Below, one piece after another: positions 37,018 to 51,793 of a DNA stretch of 64,000 nt. The stretch lies in the NCBI GenBank assembly GCA_047495785.1, contig JBLDXI010000064.1, forward strand, positions 124,001 through 188,000. Direction: 5' to 3'. A program made the position numbers and the translations under genes. This DNA comes from Lepidodermella squamata (Eukaryota > Animalia > Gastrotricha). Numbering within the stretch: position 1 is the stretch's first letter; every line of letters begins with the position of its first letter. Below the pieces are notes generated by a model. That model saw nothing but the letters and a program-made list of their open reading frames with translations, was not told the DNA's origin and searched no databases.

Positions 37018-40014
37018 TTACATGGCACATCAACATGGTATATCGGTGATAACATTTTACTACGTATTTATCACCAAAACATTGCGTAATTCGTTGAAAT
37101 TCGATCGCGTGCGGGTATTATCGCGTCGAGTAGCGTGTGGAAACAAAAAATAAAGCGCGGTGAGGGTTTTTTATCATCACAACAACACACCGTTCTGGCC
37201 GTAATGACGCGACAAAAGCGCGTGGAATGCGCAATTTTTGGAATAGTTTCGTCGTTGGAAGATAGGAATATGAAGTTCCATGTTCATAAAGGATATTTGC
37301 GACGTCTTACTGTCCCTAAGTTAATCCAAGATTTACGTTTCCTCTTTTACGTGTCCTCATCAAATTGGAAAAATCTTTACCGTAGTCGTGAATGTACATT
37401 TTCCGTAGTGCTGCCGTACTTCTACTGAAAAACTACGGTAGCATTCGTAATAAGGAACTAAACGACCTCAATGTAATACATTTAATACATTCTCAATTTA
37501 ATGTAAGATATTTTCAAAGTTTTGATTTCGCAATTAATTCATTCGTAGTCCAGCGCAACACATCCCAACGGGATTGGATCACATTCTTTACCACTACGGC
37601 AGTAGCAGAAAAGATGTCTACCGTAGGCTCTACGCTCTACGGTATACTAGTGGTAAATTTTGTTCAGAAATTTTTTAAGGATTTAAAAAAAGGCGGAACT
37701 CAATTTTGCATAATTTTTTAGTATGGAAATGGGATTCCTGCGGGCACAATCATCTACCCGGAACGGGTAAAACAGTTTCTCATCCCCCGCTCTCACGAGC
37801 CGCCTAGTGGCAATATCGTCGAAGGTCGAAGGTTACCATGTTACATCTGAGCAAATGCTCTCTGCCAGGTGGCCGGACCCCAACTGTAAATTATGTCGCT
37901 AAATAATTAAAATAACAATCAATCTAGGTGAAGATGTGAGTAAAGGATAAGAGATTTGGGTTAATTTATTAATTCGAGGTTGAGGTTTGTAAAACATGCC
38001 AACAAGTTTAGCATTTTGCTTGGAAGAGGCTGTTGATGAAGTAGGGCGGAGGAAGACCAGATCGACAGTTGACGATGAAAATGACTTCATTGCCGACCCG
38101 AAGCCGACAGCAAACACAAGCTAAACACTGTTATTTAACAATGGAGTAATTACCATCATTTACCATTCGAATAGCGGGATTAACGGGTACTCTCAGCAGC
38201 TCTTGGTATTGCGAAGAGACTTTTAAAGGCGCGCGCACTAATGCTTTATTCTTAATTCATTTTCGCGTTAGATGCGCGCACTAATTCCTGTATTTGACTT
38301 CACCCTTGCAAGTAAAAATATTGTACTGTACGTCCTAACGCAGAAAGTGGAAGTTGATTGGGAGCGCTGCGTCAAAACGGTGATTTTTCGAAGCATGCAC
38401 CTTATTTGCTATTGATAAGTACTTACATGAGATTCTTCGTACATAATTCACTCTTGCAGGCTCCTTTCACGCTAAAGTAACTCCGGTTTCTTGCCGTGAG
38501 AAGCAATGAAAACTCTCAGAACAACGCTCAGGTGACGTAAACATGTTTTAAAACATTGGACGTTGTCAAATTTGAATGAAATGAGGCAAATAATAGTTGT
38601 TGTTGCTTGAAATAGCCAGAAATACTTCACGGCTATGAACTCAAGCGACTGATTTTAATGAAATCATAGCATTAATTGATAATGACTTTATACATATGTA
38701 TAAAGTGCCCGGACTTTATACTGTTTAAACATGTGTTTAAACACGTGTGTTTAAACATCCTGTTTATACAAGTGCAACCCTGCAATTTTTTGAAGTTTTT
38801 CGGTGGGAAACAGCATTACTTTTGTCGCCCTTGTCGCTTGTCGCCCAAAAATTTAATTTTTTAATAGATAAGTTGTCGCGGGGCTATCTAGTCGGTGATA
38901 ACTTGTCGGGACTATTCTGTCTTGGGCTACCTTGTCGTAACAACCTTCCTAGGTGCATACTTACAAAAATTAGGACGATCTGAAAATTATCCAATTTCTT
39001 CACGCTAACTTCACGCGCATCTTTTTAGTACGTTTTAGTAAAATCACGTGAAATCATGGATACCGTATTTCGCGAAAATATACGACACACCTGACCCCCG
39101 CCCCCTAATACAACCCGAATCAAAAATCATTTGTTCATAAATCTGGCCCGTGGTAAATTTTCGAGAAATACGGTAACCGCAAGTTGTATGGGGTAGTCAT
39201 TCATCTGAAGTCGGCTCGAATCAAGTAACAGCAATATTAAGCAAAACACAACATCCCAACTTCATTGTCTTCGTCACTAGAGGTTGATATTGTCAAGAAA
39301 TATCGTGAAACATTAAATGTTTAAGAATAATTTATGCGCTAATTATTTTCAGTAATTTTGAGCGTTGAATATTATTTATTCTCCATACCACATCAACGAT
39401 AAAAACTCAAATTCAAAATCGAACTATTTCAATTTTTATTATGTCTGTGTCTGAGATCTGAGTCACGGCCAAGTGAAACATCACTATTTACGCTACGTAA
39501 AATGCCGAAAAATCAGAGGATAGAGCAACAAAATCTCACATTCAGATCTCATGAAAACATCAAATTTATGTCGCCTGCTGAGTTTCATGGGTTTGAAAGG
39601 TGAATTCACGCACCATTTCTGTCTGTGTGTACTTAACTACTTAACCCATTTTGAAATATTATATCAAAAATCTGTTGATGAAGCTTTTTCAAGCTCGGTT
39701 CATTCTACTGGTATTTTGTTTGCAGCAGTTTATAAGTTATCATCGTCATAGATGCCTAACAGCAATTTAAAAAGCCAACAGTCGCCTTGATGCATATTGA
39801 AGGACGCGGGGTACTAACAAGACAAATGAATGGCATAATTACCGCTTTATTGATATACTAAATCGCCTACATTATCGGGAAGTAGCACTAGCAACTTCAA
39901 CACACGTCACACGTGGCGACCAAGACTAGAATCGCCTGCGGCAATAATAATATAATGTACACCAAGGTCGAATAGTAATAATAGAATGGCCTAGAGCCAT
40001 TACACATAGGTCAC

Positions 40015-43000
40015 TCATTCAGCATAGGTTTCGCAGATTCCACTGCTTTTAGTTTTGTTGCAAGGATAGAAATGCATCAGACCAAAAGCCTGAATGACAC
40101 TCCCACATTTAGAAACATCTGGCGTAATATCTGGCATAAACAGTTCTCCAATGAATGTGAAAGTGGAACCGTCCGACCACTTAAGAGCGCCGGCGTCTGG
40201 AGCAAGACCGACCCATCCAGAGGATGATTGTGGCATAAAGTCGACAATCCACTGCAGTTCACCCTCCGTTTTAACAATTACTAACATGCCATCCTGTTCC
40301 GAGCATAATGTGGCTGCAGCTGAATAAGTTAGACCCTGCAGAGGCTCAACCACAAACAGAGTCTTTCGAGCGTTTTGGCATTGCAATTCACCGCTGAACG
40401 AAACATTTGCAGGGAAGCGTCTCTCAGTGATGGCGTCACAGCCGCTCAAGCTTGGTCGGCAGGTTACTGAGCCGTCAGCAGTTCGCAAGCATCGATGGTA
40501 AGTGGTCTATAACAGATATAAAAGTATTATCAATTAAACATCGTAATTGATTATTAATTACGATGTATTCACCAATAATAGCTTTACACGGATTTTATTG
40601 TAATTCGAACTAGTTTAGGCCGTAAATATGCGTTTTTTCCAATAAATACAACATTAACTTCTCCTCTGAGGCAAATTTTTGCCTCGCTTTTTTTGAATAA
40701 CTTTTCAACCATAAATGAAGTAGTTTTCAGCATATTAAAGTGCAGATGTGGTCTGATAACTCCCTAAACGCTTGTTTGAAACAGATGTACCTTCAAGAAG
40801 TTAAGCAAGAAATGCGCTTTGCCATTTTACACAATTTTTCCATTTTTGAAAAATGATGGTCCGTGATGGATCCAAGTCACCCATGCTAGAAAAGAAATTG
40901 CAAAACTATCCGAAACTCAAGGTTTCATAAAATTGGCACAGATCAATCAAAAATTCCGCAAAATCATTTTCCGATCGCGGTTGGTGAATGAGCCCTTTTC
41001 TGTGGCTGCTAAGGCGAATTTCCCTGTTGACGGCGCGTTACTGACCCAATTCCCAGGTAAGAAAATTTTCCAATGAAGCCTATTCACAGGATGATTCCAT
41101 TCAGCCTCAAATCCTGTAAAATGCCATTTTTCAAAAAGTCGCGGACAGCATTTTCCTCATCAATTTTATCTCCCGAACTTCATTCTAACGGTGGAAAGTT
41201 GTGGAAAGTTCACCCCAGATTAGATCTATCGACTGGCGAAAACCGCATTGAAAAATTCCTCATGGTTACGAAGTTATTCAAAAAACGCGAGGCAAAAAAA
41301 GTTTGCGCATACTTTACTAGGCAGGGCAACATAGAATTGTAAACCTTAAGTATTACCCAACAACAGAATTTCACCCCTAATTTTATACATTGCGTATCCT
41401 ATTTTGGTAAGCGAAATAGCGATGCTACGTACGAAATTGGTTTACTGCTCATTCCATCAGAGAACCTGAAATTTGAAAAATTGTGTGAGATGAATCCGGG
41501 ATATTTTTTAAATGATGAAAGACTAGCCTTGTGAAGTAACGTAAAAAATCCATTCATTACTATCATTACCAAAGAAGTGGAATACGATGACGAAGAAGAC
41601 GCAAAAAAATAATGACCATCATTCTTGTCAACAAGTTCATGCTAAAAATAGATCGGCAAACACTAATGGTGCCGTGGCAAATTGCTCCGGGAAAAGGTGT
41701 ATAAAAATAAAATTGCCATCGATAATAAAAATTTAACTTGAAAGCAAATTAGCTGATCCTTTCGGGAACACGTCGTTTTCTCCAGTTCGAGATCTTTAAA
41801 ACACCCCCCAAAAATTTCAGAAAGTGGTTACCAACTAGGAAACTAAAAACTACAAGTTTCCTTTGAATCCTCCAACCTTTAATTCATTTAAGCCCACTTT
41901 GAGCTTGGAAATGCCCAAAAAGCGTAAGAAGCGAGTCGATCGAATCGGCCCCATAATTTTCTGTACCCGAGGGTATAACCGTATCACCTTCCAACAAAAT
42001 CCTGGTTTGTATACCCCCCACTTTCCACCAGTCAAGTCAAATTTCTCAAGCTCGTGTGATCTGCCAGTTGGTAGAAGTTGATCGATCGCGAAAACATGTT
42101 AAAAGCCGGTAAAATTAATGGAAGAAAGCTTCTGCTTCTTTCAAACTATGTCTGATGGGCGAAACGCGAAACATTTTAAATTCTCAGTTCCGCGAAGCCG
42201 CGTTGCGTACACGAATTTACGATTTACGCAAACCTGAAATCTTGAAAGAGATAAACTCACAGGAGGCGATATATCCTGGATGCATTTGTCGTGATTCAGC
42301 TGGAAGGTGCCCATATCCGAGAACAGCTTAACCTGTTATAGAAAAACTGTAAATAACGGGGAAAACCGGGCCTTTGTCTGAGCGTTACCTGAGTTTGATC
42401 TTGGGGACAAGCTGCGTAGCAAGACGTTCGGTTGGTTGAATCCTTGCACGAAACGGCATTCTGTCAAACAAGCGTAACTGTTAGGATGCAAAAGCTATTT
42501 GAGATCTCACTCCTAGTAGACAAGATGCGCGGTTGATGTAGACTTTGCTGGAATATTGCTGAGTTTCATTGTTAGCAAGGCAGCCAGAGCTTTGAGGTCG
42601 GCAGTCGGTAAATTTGCTTGTTGTCGAATCGAAACAGCGGATGTGTGGCTGTTCGGTGATCGGAACAGAGACTGCGATTAAAAAACACAACTTGTGTTAT
42701 TTTTTTATTTCCCCGTTGCGAAATTCCTCAGCCCATTTTTTATGTCCCAATAATTGATCAAATTTTGTAATGCAGGAATGACACCCGGAATTTTCATTCA
42801 ATCATTGATAAATTTGTTTTGAACGAAATACCTGAATTCACCAACCATTAAATTTGTCGAAAAATCAAGGTCCCTTATTCCTTATTTAGATTGAGGATTT
42901 ATCATAGCCATTTCAAATAACCGATTTAAATATTTGACTCACCCGAGGCGTTGATGCACGACATTAAATCTGGGTAAATCGTCGATTCCGTGATCTAGAA

Positions 43001-43865
43001 GAGGAATAATACAGAATATTAGCAGTAACTATATAATTTACCTCTTGAACTGAGAATTTTCACGATTTACCATAATTGAGTAATTTAGTTGAGGATTTGA
43101 ATTCAAATAGGAAGAAAATTCGACAAAACTAACCCAGTTTTCAGGGCAAGTGAACGGATCGGGAACGCAGGTTTTGATGACGTTATTCGAGGTGCAGCGC
43201 CGGAATTTCGACAATTTCTGCGAAGGGATGAATGAAAAGCTAATCGATTGAGCTAAGACAACAGTTGAAAGCTCTCACATCGAAAACAGCGCGTTGTTTC
43301 TCGCATTCATTGAGGTTGTATTTCAAACTCAACGTCGCACTCTGATCGTTGAACCAGAACGTCTGGAATAGAAAAGTCATATCACTTCAACGATGTGAAA
43401 CAAGCAGAAAAATAAGATTGAGAGACTTCGAAAAATGAAACGAGGCTTACATTCATATCGCCAGGGTTGTTACAGCCAATGTTACCAGGTACGCAAAACG
43501 GAGTAAGAGCCTCGTATTTGTAACACATTCGGGCATTCTATAGACAAAATAGGCGAATTAATTAACAAACAAAAAACTGAAGAGTAAAACTAACGCCAGT
43601 GTTGCAGACGCCAGTTGTTCGAAAAATGCCGCCCCACTAGTTGGTGAGCAATTCAACAATGGTAAAGTTACAGCATGCCTGCAAGTAAATCGTGGCAAAC
43701 CTGGTATTCGGTGAGTCGATTACAGCCGTCGGCAGCTGGTACGCAGTTGGTGAATCGGTTGCTAAACTGCGAGAAGCAACGAACCCAGTTCAACTCTTTA
43801 CCCGAAGCCGAGTCACTTGACGCCAGCAATAGGCTTAGCAGCAGAGCACAGTGATAAGAAACCAT
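40015..43865 (-). CDS. Copy E: Cys-module/C-type lectin paralog, 10 exons, apparently intact
   Basis: Exon 1 43865-43701; exons at ~43637, 43538, 43362, 43217, 42995, 42672, 42460, 42332; terminal exon ~40506-40015 (TTYHRCLRTADG...ICETYAE). Confidence 0.86.
40675..41303. mobile_element. MITE-like element in intron 9 of copy E
   Basis: ttttttgcctcgctttttttgaataactt / aagttattcaaaaaacgcgaggcaaaaaa. Confidence 0.5.
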
Positions 43866-45639
43866 TTGATCGAATGAGCCTTGGAAAAAAAATCAGTTAA
43901 AAATTTACGATATGAATTTGTAAAAATTGTATCGAATGAATCGTGAATGACGGTGCGTTGTTGTTGTTGTTTTTGCTATTTTTTTATGGCGACACTCCAT
44001 GTGGTGCGATGGAACGTGTCACGTGTTTGTTTCTTGTGCTGCGCGTGTTGAAGAGTTCAAGTCCGTTTTTCTCTCGGCTGAGTGCATTTTCAAAGAATTT
44101 TCAATTTATTATGATTTGTAGAAAATAATAAACCCAAAATGGACGCAATTAGGCACGAGCTACAAAAGAAACATTAAAAAATTATGGTTCAAATCGATCC
44201 TACAGCATAGTCTGCACAAGTCGCTAGGCAAATTGAGCATTATCACTGAGTTTCTTGATTGCTCCGATTTCTTGCAAGAATTTTCTTCGCAATAAAGCAA
44301 TTACCCTAAATTATTCAGCGTTTTCTAATTCAGCTAAAAAAAATAAAAGGGGAAGCTTGGTTCAAAAAAATCAATCTACGCTGCGCGAACAGCCACATAG
44401 TTTTAACTACGTTGCCGGTCGCTACTTGAACGAAGGCTAATAAACCAAAGTCGGCTGTAAATATGAACCACTAGCTAAAAGTCAAATAGCTCGATTAACC
44501 CAGCGGGATTATTATCCTCACCAAATTTAGAATATTTAGCTAGATAATTAATAACCTGTTTTCTTTTATTTGTTTCATTTGAGTCATTTCATTTCAAATG
44601 TTTGAGCAATTTTGCTAATATTAGTTCGATTAACTGCTTGATTATTAATGTAAACCGGGTTCGCTGCTTCAGGAACAAATTTACCAGCTGCCGTTGACTG
44701 GGATCCTCTTGAACACCGTGTAGATAATATTGTAAGAATTTTCGAGTTGGTAGACATTCAATCTCTGATTATTTATTCCGAATCTATCAATTTACTTTGG
44801 TAAGAATGGCAACTTTGTTGTCCGTTGTCTGGGTCGACTTGAAAAACAGCAGAATTGAGCTTAAAATAGGTTATAACGTCACCACCGCAAATGACCTCAA
44901 TACCACACGCCCAAAGTTGTTTTCCTGTAACTGGACAGTGGACAGGCCCACTGGAAAATTCGCGTGCCGGTGTGCGCAATGAAAAACATGAGTGGCGTCA
45001 TGAAAAATGAACGGGCAACCGTGCGAGCTCATAAAATGAAATCGCCGTTTTTTTTCAAAATTTGTCCAATCAAATGATTTACTAAGCCTTGCTGTTCGCC
45101 TAGCTTCCGGCTGTGGTTGTTGGGTTGAAAAGGTTTGTTTTTTTTAACCAAAATCTGGTCTGCATTGTTTTTATTGTCACAGTTGGGTCCGATATTTCGC
45201 CGAGCCGAGAAATAAAATGGAAATAAATTGGTCGTTCATTGATATTCATCGTTTGTTTGTTTGTTGTTTGTTTTCACGTTTCTATTCATTTTCTTTATAA
45301 AATGGCGTAAATAAAGCACGCGTTTTATCGCGAATTGCAAGGAAAACGGGGGTGAGCAGTTTTGGTCTTATTATATTACAACTATGCAAATATGCAAATT
45401 GAAATCGGCTGCCGGCCACAAAAGAACTGGTTGACAATGCTTGGTTGACAATGAAACTAGCCGAGCTGGCTGCTGCGAATCAAGCGGTGACGGCGGCGTA
45501 TTCTCTTAATAATCGCTCCAACCCTGCAAAGCTGCGCAGTGGGATGATGAAGTGCTGAGAGTTTCACTTTCGACGCAGCGCAGTGGGTTGCTGGTGTTAA
45601 TTTTGACAGCTGAGTTTCTCTCGACTACTTCTACGCCGA

Positions 45640-46029
45640 TAACCTTTCGAACTGAGAATTTTCACGATTTACCATAACTGAGTAATTTAATTGAGGATTT
45701 GAATTCAAAAAGGAAGAAAATTCGACAAAACTAACCCAGTTATCAGGGCAAGTGAACGGATCGGGAACACACGTTTCGATGACGTTATTCGAGGTGCAGC
45801 TAACCTGTTTTCGACTAACCCAGTTTTCAGGGCAAGTGAACGGATCGGGAACGCAGGTTTTGATGACGTTATTCGAGGTGCAGCGCCGGAATTTCGACAA
45901 TTTCTGCGAAGGGATGAATGAAAAGCTAATCGATTGAGCTAAGACAACAGTTGAAAGCTCTCACATCGAATACAGCGAGTTGTTTCTCGCATTTAGCAGC
46001 AGAGCACAGTGACAGTGATACGAAACCAT
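45640..46029 (-). pseudogene. Rearranged partial duplicate of copy E
   Basis: The start of exon 1 is fused out of frame to the end of exon 4, followed by exon 5 and a tandem partial exon 5. Upstream 46030-46880 duplicates 43866-44710. Confidence 0.8.
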
Positions 46030-47045
46030 CTGATCGAATGATCCTTTGAAAAAAAATCAGTTAAAAATTCACGATATGAATTTTGTAAAAATTGTATCGA
46101 ATGAATCGTGAATGACGGTGCGTTGTTGTTGTTGCTTTTAATATTTTTTATGACGACACTCCTTGTGGTGCGATATGGAACGTGTCACGTGTCCGTTTTT
46201 TTCGGCGCGTGTTGAAGAGTTCAAGTCCGTGTTTCTCTCGATTGAGTTCAGTTTTGAAGCATTTTCCATTTTATTATGATTTGAAGTTTGAAGAAAATAA
46301 TTTAAAAAGAAAATCTCCGCAATTGGGCACGAATTACAGGAGAAAAATAAAAAATGTGGTTCCAATCGATCCTACAGCACAATCGATCTGTACACGATCT
46401 GTACACGTCACTGGGAATACTGACCAAAATCACTGCGAATCTCGATTGCTCCGACTTCTTGCAGGAATTTTCTTCGCAATCACCATTAATTCATCCGCCA
46501 TTTCAAATTCAGCTCATAGAATAGAAAATGGGTTCGAAAAATCAATCTGATCGTTGCGTAAACTGCCACAGGTGGTTTTAATACTGCGATGCCGGTCCCT
46601 TTGCGAACGAAGGCTAAAACACCAAAGCCAGCTATAAACCATTTGCTAAAAAACCAAAATATCAAGATAAACCAGTGCCAGCGGGTTTCTTATCCTCGTC
46701 AAAATGTAGAATATTTACCTAGAAAATTACCATTTTTCTTTTTTTTTGTTCTTAATAATTCTTGTTTGAGCGGTTTTCAGTGTAATTGTGCTATACTTGG
46801 TTCGATAATTGCTGATCATTGAGGTGAACTGGGTTCGCTGCTTCATCAAAAAATTTAGCAGTTGCCGTTGGCTGGGATCCTCGCCAGCCAACCGTCATAA
46901 GCCCAGGGGCCGCCAGAGGGTTAATCCGGCCCTGTCCGGGACTTCAACCTAGAGGTAGGCTGCAACAAGCACAGGGGCGTGGACACTTTGGTTTCTTCGA
47001 CTGGGTGCTTGAATACCTTAGCTCCCGAATCAAACTTCGCTCACT

Positions 47046-47290
47046 GAGCCACACATCCGTGGCTTCGACTTGACAACTGGCAAATTCAACGGCAGAAGCT
47101 CTGGCTGCCCCAAAATGAAACTCAACAACACTCGACTAATGCGATCATCAACTATGAACATTGCATGCTTGGAGTAAGTGTTATCAGCAATTTAATGGCC
47201 GTTGATGCCCAATTTTATATTTTAACAAAACGCAAAGAGTCGTCTAACCAAGTTCATGATACGCAGCCCGCCTCGAGATCTCTCGCAGTT
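47046..47290 (+). pseudogene. Degenerate exon 7-8 fragment of the lectin family
   Basis: gagccacacatccgtggcttcgacttgacaactggcaaattcaacggc ... cttgga|gtaag, with deletions relative to D and G. Confidence 0.7.
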
Positions 47291-47881
47291 GGAAACTTGG
47301 TTCAAAACTCACAGATCATTTTTCTGCATTGCGATCACTAACTAATATGCCAGATATTCATAAAGAATGCTATTTGTATTTTATACCACACTTTTTTCAT
47401 CATTTTTAAGAATAGCCGGCATCTTAGTTAGTGAACTGCTAAAACAGGTTGGCTAATCATGTTAGATTACTGTTAGCGTTACAAGATCTGATATCTGACA
47501 ACTGTCGCTATTACTTACATTTCAACTTTACTACGCTTTGTTTAAAACGCTTTTTAGTAAATGAGCTTCATTTGTCACATCCGACTTTTTTTACTTGAGA
47601 CGACATAGCAATATTTTCTAGTAATGGTTAAAATAGCTAGGGTTTAGCTATTTCGAACGCCTAAGCATTTTATGTGAATTTGGAAACCGGATACCCATCC
47701 GGGCTTTATTTTATATTTATTCTATGAGATTACGATTGAAAAAAACCTTTCATATTAGGTCGAATTTTATTTATAACTTCAACTCACGAATCAAATTAAC
47801 TCATCAATGCATTTCACCGCACGGCTCTTCCACTTCTGTCACATTATCTCATGAATCATTTTGAAAAGCTCGGAATTGTCA

Positions 47882-50247
47882 CTAAAATGACTCGCATAAA
47901 GCGTATTGAAATGCAGCACCACAATATGCTATTACATAGCGAGAGCTGCCAGACATTGGCGTTATAAAGACGCAGCCATCAATTACTTGGCCTGTCCATT
48001 GATTAACGACAAATGCGAAATTGGAGCCATCATCCCACTTGAATACGCCATTCGACCGAGTCAAGGCGATCCAGGCCGGCGCATCAAGCTGAGGCGAATT
48101 TGATACTATCTGCGCTGCCGCCAGTTCCGTATCTGACCTGATCGTGGCCAAGCTCCCACCCTGATTGGCGCATGCCGCTGCTGCTGTACTTTTAGAGGTC
48201 GGTTGAGTGAAATGCACCGAGAAGTAAGTCTTGACCACAGACGTACAGCTGGGTTTGTCCGGATAGGTGGCATTAGCTGGAATTCGAAGCTGGCTAGCCG
48301 CATCGCAGCCAGTTGTACTCGCTACACATCGAACTGTGCCGTCGCTGTTGTCAACGCAACGGAAATAGGCCGACTGCAAACAAAAACAGCAAGATAAAAA
48401 TAAAACCGAAATTACGTATCAAGATTCAAATTAACAATAGAGAATAGAGCAAACCCTCTTTTTCTTGAGACGCGATTTCGATGTTCCAGTGCTTAAAACC
48501 CTCTTTGACCGGCAATAACACCGGTGTTATGTTTGCAAAGAAAATTGCAGCTAGATGAATTCAAGGCCAAAATTGATGCTGTTTCACGGACATGATGCTT
48601 ATCAGCAACAATAAACAAATCAGGAAACAAGACAAATTTGCCTGCAAAAGTTTCGAGGAGAAAATCTTGTTTCTTGTTTTTCAAAATTTTGCTACGGGAA
48701 GGTTCAATTCGGGAAATTTGATCAAAATGACTCATTTACTAGATTCGTGATTTGATGGCAAAAAAGTCTGGATTGTTGAGAACATGGTCTTCAAAGTTGC
48801 TAAGAATTTGAAACTCAAAATGTAGCGGCACATACCATAGTTTTAAAGGTTTGAATGTGAACTCACCACTGGGGTTATGTCCGTGATACATTTTCCGTGG
48901 TTCAACTGGAAGTTGCCCAAGTCTGAGAACAGCTTAACCTGTTGAGGAAAAACAGTTGATACCGGAAAATTAGAGCTTTTGGCTGAGCGTTACCTGAGTT
49001 TGATCTTGGGGACAAATGGCGTAGCACGATGTTCGATTAGATGAATCCTTGCACGAAACGGCATTCTGTTGAAAAGAGATTAACTGCATCAATTGCTAAA
49101 GCAGAAAGGAAAACTTACTCCGAGCAAGCAAGCTGCACGGTTGATGTAGACCTTGGTCGAGTATTGCTGAGTTTCGTTGCTAGCGAAGCAGCCCGAGCTT
49201 TGCGGTCGGCAGTCGTCGAACTTTTTGGTCGTAGCATCAAAGCAACGAATGTGTGGCTTTTCGCTGACTGGAACTGCGACTGAGATGAGAAACGGAAAAT
49301 TCAGTATTTTTTCGCCGAAGTTTGTACCAAATTTTTTACTGGGAAAATAATTCGAAATTCGGTTTTTAGTTATTGACAAAAATCGAGGCAAAAAGTACAA
49401 TACAAAGTTATTGACAAAAAGTAAATCACGAACCTGACCCATTGATACATGACGCAAGAGTGGAATACAGAGTCGATCCAGTGGCCTAGAAAAAACAAGA
49501 ATCAGCGTCAAACAGGAACACATCAAATCGCTAACCCAGTTGTTGGGGCAAGAATACGGGTCCGGTACACAAGTCATGATGACGTTGCTCGAGGTGCAGC
49601 GCCTGAATTTTGAAGTCTGGAATGATAAATGATAGAAACATAAAGCATAATACGAAATGGCCAAGTTTCTTGAATTTCTCACCTCGAATGCTGCTTTCTG
49701 TTTCTCGCATTCGTTGAGGTTGAATTTCAAACTCAACGTCGGCCTCTGATCGTCGAACCAGAACGTCTGAGGCATAAATTATGACAATATACTCAATTCC
49801 AATTAATTGGTTGACGGGGCTCACATTCATATCACCAGGATTGTTGCAACCAACGTTACCGGGTACGCAAAACGGGGTAAGGGCGGCGTATTTGTAGCAC
49901 ATTCGGGCATTCTATAGTAGAGTAAAAACGGAGCAAAATTAAAAATAGATTTAGCAGAAAAGTTAACAGACCCCGGTGTTGCAACTGCCGGTTGTTCGTA
50001 AGCTTGAGCCGATCTATCGATAGAGAAATATTTTTATTAATCAGCTCGTCGAAGAAATTTGATTGAGAAGAAGAACCTGATAATCGGCGAGTGGATCACA
50101 GCCATCGGCGGCTGGTACGCAGTTGGTGAATCGGTTGCTGAACTGCGAGAAGCAACGAACCCAGTTCAACGGCTGCGCGCCCCAAGCCACGTCGCTTGAC
50201 GCCAGAATTACGACGGCTAGTAACAGAGCACAGTGATTTAAAGCCAT
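47882..50247 (-). CDS. Copy F: Cys-module/C-type lectin paralog, 10 exons, apparently intact
   Basis: Exon 1 MALNHCALLL...ADYQ; exons at ~50012, 49911, 49766, 49616, 49486, 49280, 49066, 48938; terminal exon 48373-47882. Confidence 0.87.
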
Positions 50248-50871
50248 AGCTCATCGGATAAACGTTGACAGAGAATGAGGAAATAAATCACTTTAGAAAT
50301 TTGTGACAATTTTAAACGAATGAATTTGGAATGACGGCGCGGTTCATCGCGCGTGCTGTTTCTTTTTTGTGTGGCGCCAATCGTTGTTGTGTTTCGATTA
50401 ACCAGGCTCATCCTCAAGTTATTGTAGTCACGCATTAAAAAGTGCTGAAATGCTATTCTGAGCTGCCCTGGTTCACTGTTTTGGCGACGACCTACTTCTT
50501 CGTAGCTGGTCGCGTGTCATTTGGTTCACTGTCGAGTCCAATTCGGCGTTCTACATACGGTGGTCAAGAAATAATATCTATTTTAATCTTAGAATGAACT
50601 TTAACCAGACAGCATCCGTAAACAATTTTCAAATTTTGTAAAAAAAAATGACGGCGAGTAGCTCGAGTTTTTGGAATTTAGAATGGTTCAAAAATAAGTC
50701 TTTCTACAATACTTCCGCGCCCATGTTCAGTCATTTTAGGGACAAAGTATAAAAACACTCGAACCTGAAAAATTGAAGTTAATTATTGCTATTCATATTT
50801 TTTCGAAAAATATGATGGTACAAAATTCGAGGAAACAGAAGGGCACCCAGGCTACTAACACTGAACCGTAG

Positions 50872-51307
50872 CGCAAAATTTCAGATGCGGTTAACACTTT
50901 TTTATTTTATATTTTCAGCGCGTACCTAGTCGAGTTCTATCAGTTACAAGCGAGGCTCTGGAGAGAGGCACTGGTTTAGGCTGGTTTAGTAAGTTCTGTA
51001 CGTAAAGCTAGATTCAAGATAGAGGTCAGCCATGAGCACAGATGTTATGATGAATCAGCATGGAGTGGTTGGAAAAGGTAAACAAATCAGGTGGATTTCG
51101 ATCGCTCCTTTTTCTTTAAAACGATTGGTCACAATCAGTAATAGCCGGCAGTTTCGAAAATAAAATAAAATTGATGAATGAATGGTAAATTTCAGCCTAA
51201 ACCGGTGCCTCTCGCCAGAGCCTCGCTTGTGACTGATAAAACTCGACTGCGCGCTGAAGAATTAAAATAAAGCAGTATTAATGTTAACCGCATCTGAAAT
51301 TTTGTGC
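50872..51307. repeat. Foldback element with ~110-bp imperfect arms
   Basis: aaaatttcagatgcggttaaca...caagcgaggctctgg / ccagagcctcgcttg...tgttaaccgcatctgaaatttt. Confidence 0.65.
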
Positions 51308-51793
51308 TCTGAACCAGAATCCTAACTTAGCTTGTGACTTGATAAACATTTGATAATAAATTAGTTATGCGTTCGCTCTAGTTACTTATTTCTCTATGAT
51401 ATTTAAGGCCATGAACGGCAGATCATCAATGTTCGATTCATTCTCAACAAAGCAGTATACAATAGTGCCTGGCCTAGTCTTGATGATTCCCAGCAAACTA
51501 TTCTGAATATTCATGAGCAAAAACGTGAAGACGTCTTTTTGTCAGCCGGCATGCTCTTCGAGTTCGGCGTCTTATCTACGTCACACACAGAGAAAATTAC
51601 CCGCCCAGACGACTCATTTATTGAGCCGATAGTTTTATTTCAAAAATGAAAACTACTTTGATCGGAAACAATAACGCGTAGAATTTTACAATGCTCTTTA
51701 TTATTTACATACGATGCAACGTTTCGACGCAGAATATTAGCGTCACCATCATGCATCTAGGAACTAACAATTGAAATGTTCCTATATCGACAG

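Noticed and set aside
37370-38960. Clusters of CCGTAG/CTACGG and TTGTCG motifs as CRISPR-like or regulatory arrays
   Set aside because: Irregular spacing in a eukaryotic context; most likely subterminal repeats of decayed MITEs.
49089-49775. 228-aa ORF as an independent gene
   Set aside because: It is read-through of copy F exons 4-7 and their stop-free introns.
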